A stretch of 64,000 nt of DNA from Parcubacteria bacterium C7867-006. Its GTDB lineage: Bacteria; Patescibacteriota; Minisyncoccia; Phycocordibacterales; DATDWN01. This document shows positions 58,684-64,000 of the stretch, piece after piece (positions within the stretch are counted from its first letter, which is position 1; each line of letters opens with the position of its first letter). The DNA is taken from assembly GCA_001189155.1 (NCBI GenBank), contig LFCP01000004.1, forward strand, positions 1,998-65,997, in the 5' to 3' direction. The notes below the pieces were generated by a model. That model had not been told where the DNA came from, ran no database searches, and saw nothing but the letters and a program-made list of their open reading frames with translations. The position numbers and the translations under genes are program-made.

Positions 58684-59082
58684 TTAAATATTGTTGAAAC
58701 TTCTCAAAAAGAACTTTCCACCAAACCAAACAAATAGAGGACCAGATACGGCAAGCGCAACAGGATACCAATGGTTGCCCAAACTCCATCCGGAAACTGC
58801 TCCAGCGACTCCACCTATACCACCAAGAATCATAAGGACATACACGTGCTTTATAGGATTTGCAGGAGCCAAACGTGCTGTGACATATCCACCTACTACC
58901 GTGTAAATACTGCGATAGAAAAGAGCCAGGGCCAGCATCCATGTGACATATGATCCAGAGTCAGCAGAAGAAGGAAATACTCCAAACTTTTCGAGCACAA
59001 CGTCAGTGGCTATAGATAAAAATGCAACTGAAACAAACCCCACTATCACTGACCCGATACTTTTAAATATATTTTTATTCAT
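58684..59082 (-). CDS. Four-TM membrane hypothetical protein
   Basis: GGYVTARLAP, WYP; hydrophobic. Confidence 0.78.
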   Translation of the reverse strand: MNKNIFKSIGSVIVGFVSVAFLSIATDVVLEKFGVFPSSADSGSYVTWMLALALFYRSIYTVVGGYVTARLAPANPIKHVYVLMILGGIGGVAGAVSGWSLGNHWYPVALAVSGPLFVWFGGKFFLRSFNNI

Positions 59083-59113
59083 ATTTTTTATTTTATTATT
59101 GTTTAACGTAAGT

Positions 59114-59515
59114 TTATTTGCTAGAGATTGCGCTGGTAATAAAGTAAGTCACCGTAGATACAGAAGCTGCGAGCACGGCGCCCCAGATCATGTCCACGAT
59201 AGTTATGAGTAGTGGCCAGTCTTTTGCCACAGCGAGGTTGGTGAGGTCGTATGTTGCATAGCAGACAAGACCGAACAGTGCGCCGAACATAACTGCGTAC
59301 ATCCATGAACCTTTTTCTACTGCTGGAGTGATAACGAAAACAACTAGTCCAACGATGAACAAAAGGTAGAAAGTTATTGCTGCGACCCAGTTAACATCTG
59401 TTTTGAGAAGTGAGCCTATCTGAGCACGATAAAAGTTTTTTGAAACAACACCTAGCCAGAACATGTCGATAGCAAAGAAAACTGGAAGAGCTATAACGTA
59501 AAGTTTTATGAACAT
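59114..59515 (-). CDS. DUF2177 family membrane protein
   Basis: IDMFWLG, YATYDLTNLA, DMIWG. Confidence 0.85.
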   Translation of the reverse strand: MFIKLYVIALPVFFAIDMFWLGVVSKNFYRAQIGSLLKTDVNWVAAITFYLLFIVGLVVFVITPAVEKGSWMYAVMFGALFGLVCYATYDLTNLAVAKDWPLLITIVDMIWGAVLAASVSTVTYFITSAISSK

Positions 59516-59557
59516 AATGTGTAAAGTTATTTTTAACTACAAGATTATAACATTTTA

Positions 59558-60409
59558 TTATTGGGTCGCTCTACATTCCTGCTGATTAAGGTATTTTTTG
59601 GTTAGAGTAGAGAGATTTACTGTTACTTTTGACATAATGACTGCGCCGAGGCCGTTTGAGGTGTAGGTTTTCAAATCAGGACAGTTTTGGGTTGTAGGTT
59701 TTATTGAAGTCTTTGCGAAATAAGTAATACTGTCCCCCACAACATCCACTGGTTTTGCATACGAGTCAGTGAATACTTGTTTTTTGGTCCTCAAATCATA
59801 AACAACAAGTCCGCGAGGTTCTGGAGCTGTGCCTTTGTCTATGAGTAAAAAGTTATCTGTAAAAGCTAGAAAATATTCTGCCTCAAGATTCTTCAGTTCA
59901 AAGTCTCCACTGGCGACTTCGTACTTACAAGAAAAATTTTGAGTAGGACTAGTTTTGTATTTCACCAAAATATTTGAACCAACATTTGGGGCCAAACTCT
60001 TTTCAATTGCAAAATATTTGGAACTTTCGTGACAAGACAGCGATGGATCTTCTACAACCATCCAGTTTTTTATATATATAGTTCGTTTTACTCTGTCTAC
60101 TCCTTGTTCGAGGAATATGTCATATGCTCCTGCCTCTTCATACGAGTTGAAAGAAGCAATAGTCAGAGCGTAACTAGATCCAACAGAGTCAACAGCGAGT
60201 TTCGACGCTTTTTTAATATCAGCAGTCATATCAAATGATCTAATACAAGCACCAACATTTTCATCAAAAGCATAACCAGCTGATATCAGACAACCGCTTT
60301 TGTCCCTATCACCACCAATAGTTGGTTCTTTTCTGTTGAAAAAATAAACAGCTACGATAATCCCAACAGCAAATATAAAAACAAATAAAATAGTTAGGTT
60401 CTTTTTCAT
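59558..60409 (-). CDS. Membrane-anchored Cys-containing hypothetical protein
   Basis: TM then IGGDRDKSGCLISAGY...CIR module; TAGAAT 6 nt before ATG 60409. Confidence 0.75.
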   Translation of the reverse strand: MKKNLTILFVFIFAVGIIVAVYFFNRKEPTIGGDRDKSGCLISAGYAFDENVGACIRSFDMTADIKKASKLAVDSVGSSYALTIASFNSYEEAGAYDIFLEQGVDRVKRTIYIKNWMVVEDPSLSCHESSKYFAIEKSLAPNVGSNILVKYKTSPTQNFSCKYEVASGDFELKNLEAEYFLAFTDNFLLIDKGTAPEPRGLVVYDLRTKKQVFTDSYAKPVDVVGDSITYFAKTSIKPTTQNCPDLKTYTSNGLGAVIMSKVTVNLSTLTKKYLNQQECRATQ

Positions 60410-60527
60410 AAACATATTCTAACATTTTTACGTTTTAAAAACGAAAAACTCGCCGGGGTACGCCCGCTAGGTTAGAAAAATAAATTTCTGCAACAAAAAC
60501 ACTAAAATATAAAATCAAAAAACAAAC

Positions 60528-60557
60528 AGCGCACAATCCCGTATGGGATTGTGCGCT
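60528..60557 (-). terminator. Terminator of ParB-like unit
   Basis: AGCGCACAATCCC-GTAT-GGGATTGTGCGCT, T-rich tail on - strand. Confidence 0.8.
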
Positions 60558-60572
60558 TCGGACTCACCGAAA

Positions 60573-61919
60573 CTAGTCCTTACTCCTGACCGTGGTCCTC
60601 AAGTCAACCTGATCGCGGAGCATGGTCAATTTTTCAGCGAGATCATCGATCTCCTTGAGAACGTTCTGTCTGTCCTCAAGTGGACGATTTTGAAAGAGCT
60701 CATCGATTGCACGATGGGGCATGTCAACGAGATGCTCCAAGTTCTCGTTCGCCTTCCGCAGATAGTTGCGCAGGATTACGTAATCCTCTCTTGGACTACG
60801 TCCGGGTGACCCAACCCTGATGCCGGCGGCCGAAGCCAACTGGCGAGCCAGATGTTTGGCCTTCGCAACACTAAGACCCTTCTCGACAGCCTCCTTGCAG
60901 ACTTTGAGTTGAATCTCCCGGCTCTCGATTGACGCCAGGAAAACACCCATGGACTGTGGAAGTGCCGAACGCTCATTGTCGTCCGGCTCCAACATATCCT
61001 GAACTTCCTTTGGCAGGTTGAGAAGCTTCAGGTAGTTGAATGCCCAGACGTCGGTCTTGCCGGTCAACGAGGCGATGATCCTGAGAGCAGCCATCTTGCT
61101 GAGGTCTGCATATTCAGGAAAATCCATCATGCGCCGAATTGAGCGAGCGGTCTCGAGAGGAGTGTGTCCTTCGCGAGCAAAGTTCGCCACGAAAGACTTC
61201 TTGAACTGGTCTTCGGAGTCTTTGACCTCCCTGACCGTAGCGAGCATCTCCTCGACACCGAGCTTGGTGCAAGCACGAAGCCGTCGCTCACCCTCAATCA
61301 GCTCATAGTCAAAGTTGGGGTCATCATCGATCGGACGAACGATGATCGCCGTAACCTGACCAATGGCCTTGATGCTGGTCATGAGTTCCTGCATCTTCTT
61401 GGGACTGAAGTACGTGCGAGGTTGACCCTTGAGGGGTCTCACCCGTTTCGTCTTCACCAGGAACTCACCCTCCCACTTTCTTGGTGCTGGAGGTACAGTC
61501 ACAGGACCGGGGCTGCGCATGAGGTGAGCCGGAATCTGCCGTCTGGTGGTAACACCAGGCACAGCGTAATCAGCTCCGTTACCATTGCCGTTCCCGTTTC
61601 CACCAACTTCATCGCTGAAATAGGTGTTGAGGTTCTTTTCCAGATGGTTCGAGGAGTACTCGGTGTGAATCTGGTCGTCCTTGATGCCGTTCTTTCTTGC
61701 CCACGTTTTGATGATGTTCTCGGCATCTTTCTTCATTGCGTATGGAAGAACGATTCCAACCACACCGTCAGGCACAGTACCGGCGCCAAGGAACTCCCAT
61801 GAGTTCATCCAGTGGACACGTGCTCCAAACCGGAGTTGTGCCTTTCTGGGTAGGCTCATGTTGACGACAATGATCTTTCCACCGGAAGGAAAGGGCAGAC
61901 CACTAGTTGTGTTGCTCAA
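60573..61919 (-). CDS. ParB/Spo0J-like protein with about 150-aa N-terminal extension (GC-rich unit)
   Basis: GQPRTYF, SIKAIGQ, YELIEGERRLRAC; TTG start behind GGAGG; TAGACA-17-TAGACT upstream. Confidence 0.85.
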   Translation of the reverse strand: MSNTTSGLPFPSGGKIIVVNMSLPRKAQLRFGARVHWMNSWEFLGAGTVPDGVVGIVLPYAMKKDAENIIKTWARKNGIKDDQIHTEYSSNHLEKNLNTYFSDEVGGNGNGNGNGADYAVPGVTTRRQIPAHLMRSPGPVTVPPAPRKWEGEFLVKTKRVRPLKGQPRTYFSPKKMQELMTSIKAIGQVTAIIVRPIDDDPNFDYELIEGERRLRACTKLGVEEMLATVREVKDSEDQFKKSFVANFAREGHTPLETARSIRRMMDFPEYADLSKMAALRIIASLTGKTDVWAFNYLKLLNLPKEVQDMLEPDDNERSALPQSMGVFLASIESREIQLKVCKEAVEKGLSVAKAKHLARQLASAAGIRVGSPGRSPREDYVILRNYLRKANENLEHLVDMPHRAIDELFQNRPLEDRQNVLKEIDDLAEKLTMLRDQVDLRTTVRSKD

Positions 61920-62061
61920 ACTCAACCTCCGAGGAAATAGTTACGAATTTGTTGGTGCTATTCCGTTTTTCAGTCTAGTAAATATATAAATTATTGTCTA
62001 TGATTCCAAACTATTAGATTTGTTGTGTATTTTTATTTTTTTTGGTAATCTAATTGTTACT

Positions 62062-62139
62062 GGGCCCGTAGCTCATCTGGCAGTTGCGTAGCAACAAGTC
62101 AAATAGCCACATCATTTGAGCAAATGATTAAACGGGTCT
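62062..62139 (+). other. Mosaic tRNA-Ala-like copy
   Basis: GGGCCCGTAGCTCATCTGG and CACATCATTTG identical to tRNA parts; ends CGGGTCT; interrupted by hairpins; no T-arm. Confidence 0.65.
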
Positions 62140-62164
62140 AAAACAAGTTTGAAATTTAATATTT

Positions 62165-62237
62165 GGGCCCGTAGCTCATCTGGTAGAGCACATCATTTGC
62201 AATGATGGGGTGGCAGGTTCGAGTCCTGTCGGGTCCA
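62165..62237 (+). tRNA. tRNA-Ala(UGC)
   Basis: Acceptor GGGCCCG/CGGGTCC with G3:U70, D-arm GCTC/GAGC, anticodon stem CATCA/TGATG with TGC, TTCGAGT T-loop; CCA not encoded. Confidence 0.96.
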
Positions 62238-62239
62238 CA

Positions 62240-62405
62240 GAAAAAAGTCCGCTGTAAGGCGGATTTTTTCGTGACCCGAAGTAAAGCGAAGCTTTACTTC
62301 AGGACTCGAACGGAAACCTGGTTACGCGGCGAGTGCGCCGTGTCAGGTTTCCGCGTCCTAACTTTTATTGAGTGGCGATGAATTAAAAGTTAGGAAGAGT
62401 CCTGT
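62240..62405. repeat. Terminator plus antisense tRNA fragments and hairpin array
   Basis: GACCCGA and CAGGACTCGAAC are reverse complements of the tRNA 3' end; hairpins 62278-62300, 62311-62353, 62357-62394; GAGTCCTGT direct copy at 62397. Confidence 0.8.
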
Positions 62406-62513
62406 GTTTCAGAACAAGTGTACTAACCCTATAAGGGTCAAATCCGATATTTAACATTTGACAATCCTCCCAAAATACCGCAATCTTTTGCTCAGAGCGA
62501 GGGAGGCTCTTTA

Positions 62514-62873
62514 ATGCAAAACACTGTCGCAAAAGAAGCGACATTGCAGACTAAAGCCGTAAAATCGTGGCTGAAATCTGCAGGTTACAGAGAAGTAACC
62601 AGGATGGACCTCAAAGCTAATGGGGTTCTCATCATGGTAGACACGACAAGAATCAAACCGGTTGAAGATGGTGAGATCAAAGCAGGTTACACTGCGGGCA
62701 CCACACTAGTTCAACTCGGCAACCCACCGATAACCGAAAGCGAAATGTTCGGCGGGCTTGAAGTTCTACACTTCCAGATGACCTACCCTGCAATGGGCAG
62801 ACATTCGTTTGTGCCGGTAGACGATGTGCTTACCGGCAAAGAGTCAACGCTCTGGTTTGTTGAAAAGGAGTAG
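62514..62873 (+). CDS. Hypothetical protein, paralogue A (GC-rich unit)
   Basis: TTGACA(62458-62463)-17-CAATCT; SD GGGAGG; motifs shared with next ORF. Confidence 0.8.
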   Translation: MQNTVAKEATLQTKAVKSWLKSAGYREVTRMDLKANGVLIMVDTTRIKPVEDGEIKAGYTAGTTLVQLGNPPITESEMFGGLEVLHFQMTYPAMGRHSFVPVDDVLTGKESTLWFVEKE

Positions 62874-62877
62874 ATAG

Positions 62878-63258
62878 GTGGACAATCCACGTTACTTTGA
62901 AGAGGAGATCTTCAAAGCCAAAGCTGTCATGGCGCAACTCGGCTTCGATCCAGTCAAACTGGAGGACATCGTCGCGGACAACTGTATCGTGATGGTGGAT
63001 GTCCAGCGACTCTGCGCCCACAACGCACCTCCAAGCAAACTCGGTGAGGCAGGAACGTCGGTCATCTGCATCGACAACGAGCCAATCCGTGAGCACGAAA
63101 GGATTGCTGGACGAAAGGTGGTCCACTTCCGCCACATCGAGAGAGCTTCCCACAGACCAGACTTTGTCCCTTTGGAGGAAATACTCCGAGACGAGTACGA
63201 CCCGCGAGTCGCCAACTCGTCCGACACGCGCTACTTCGTGAGGCGCAAACGCGATTAG
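62878..63258 (+). CDS. Hypothetical protein, paralogue B (GC-rich unit)
   Basis: GTG start behind AAGGAG; terminator AGAGCCCCGG/CCGGGGTTCT 63281-63306 plus T-tail. Confidence 0.8.
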   Translation: MDNPRYFEEEIFKAKAVMAQLGFDPVKLEDIVADNCIVMVDVQRLCAHNAPPSKLGEAGTSVICIDNEPIREHERIAGRKVVHFRHIERASHRPDFVPLEEILRDEYDPRVANSSDTRYFVRRKRD

Positions 63259-63336
63259 CGCTACGACTAGACGTCGCACGAGAGCCCCGGCCGATACCGG
63301 GGTTCTTTTTTTATATAAAAAAGATATAATTAAAAT

Positions 63337-63633
63337 ATGTCTATAGAAAATCCAGAAAATGATAAAAAAATAAACCCTGCAGAAATTGAGACTCAAAAAG
63401 AAGAAGAGATTTGGGAGTCTTTTAAAAATACAGAGTCAAAAGAAAACATTAAAAATATTTTTGAAAGTATACTAGAAAAACTTGTAATGGAAGATTACAA
63501 ATACTACCTAGAAGAAACAGAATTTGGAGTTGCTGTAAAAAGAACTGACAATAACGAAACAATTTATTTTACAGATGTAGAGGCTGAGATTGAGACACTG
63601 TACGAAGCAGTAGCAAAAGGAAGAGTTGATTAG
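63337..63633 (+). CDS. Acidic hypothetical protein
   Basis: TATAAT 6 nt before ATG; AT-rich resident-type gene. Confidence 0.65.
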   Translation: MSIENPENDKKINPAEIETQKEEEIWESFKNTESKENIKNIFESILEKLVMEDYKYYLEETEFGVAVKRTDNNETIYFTDVEAEIETLYEAVAKGRVD

Positions 63634-64000
63634 TTTTTATTTAAAGCTAGATTGATTGTGTGATGAATAAAATCTCGTATTGAAACACCAACAGCCTCCA
63701 AAGATCTCCTTATGACAGACTTTTCTCCTAATTTAGGTTGAGTATTTACCTCTAGCACATATATTCCCCTTCGTGGAGTAACAATAAAATCTGTAGTTGA
63801 ATAATGTCGCAGACGTAATCCTTTGTGAATTATTTTTGCTAGATGCTCCATTTCATTTTTTTCATCATCAGTAAAACGAGTTGGATAAAATGGATTGTCA
63901 CTAGAATCAAGCTCAACTGGAGCTAAAGTATACAAATTCTTATCTCTAAAACCCTCTATTACACCAGAGGAAGCCCGCGTACCGTTTATATACTCCTCCA
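63630..64000 (-). CDS. ATP-grasp protein (D-Ala-D-Ala ligase-like), 3' part only
   Basis: YSTTDFIV...IYVLEVNTQP ATP-grasp C-terminus; frame open to the window end. Confidence 0.75.
   Translation of the reverse strand, partial: EEYINGTRASSGVIEGFRDKNLYTLAPVELDSSDNPFYPTRFTDDEKNEMEHLAKIIHKGLRLRHYSTTDFIVTPRRGIYVLEVNTQPKLGEKSVIRRSLEAVGVSIRDFIHHTINLALNKN

Noticed and set aside
61164-61802. 212-aa + strand ORF and other short overlapping ORFs
   Set aside because: Antisense to the ParB-like gene; long shadow frames are expected in GC-rich coding DNA.
3844-63306. Integron cassette (attC) interpretation of the GC-rich units
   Set aside because: Units are dispersed and carry their own promoters; their hairpins lack consistent RYYYAAC/GTTRRRY ends; no intI in the window.
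60573-63306. Prophage or integrative element at tRNA-Ala
   Set aside because: No integrase, structural or replication genes; the tRNA fragments lie within about 170 bp of the tRNA and do not bracket the ParB-like or paralogue genes.
1-64000. CRISPR array or cas genes
   Set aside because: No run of equal-length repeats with unique spacers and no Cas-like ORFs seen.

Overview
AT-rich bacterial chromosome segment whose gene content fits Patescibacteria/CPR (Parcubacteria-like): a trimmed AlaRS, AspRS without the GAD insert, a short L13, an FtsA-like/baseplate-J-like gene pair and almost no Shine-Dalgarno (SD) sites. Housekeeping genes include trpS, aspS, gltX, alaS, leuS, scpAB, mraY-ftsW-murG, grpE-dnaK-dnaJ, the infA-rpmJ-rpsM-rpsK-rpsD-rpoA-rplQ-rplM-rpsI cluster, mnmA, two mltG, ychF and tRNA-Ala(UGC). 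Gene orientation switches from + to - at about 21 kb, where a dif-like site lies. The most striking pattern is about 13 dispersed, GC-rich, self-contained expression units. Each typically has a -35/-10 promoter, an SD site, one ORF (two in one unit) and a strong terminator. They sit among AT-rich resident genes that look leaderless, with no integrase or shared end repeats visible. Other notable items are fold-back elements carrying antisense copies of the 3' ends of tRNA-Ala and rpsI, a mosaic tRNA-like copy upstream of the tRNA, a tandem pair of diverged paralogues of unknown family, and ORFs missing from the track (rpmJ, a 59-aa Cys/His protein, an MFS remnant). All calls are by eye, with no database searches.
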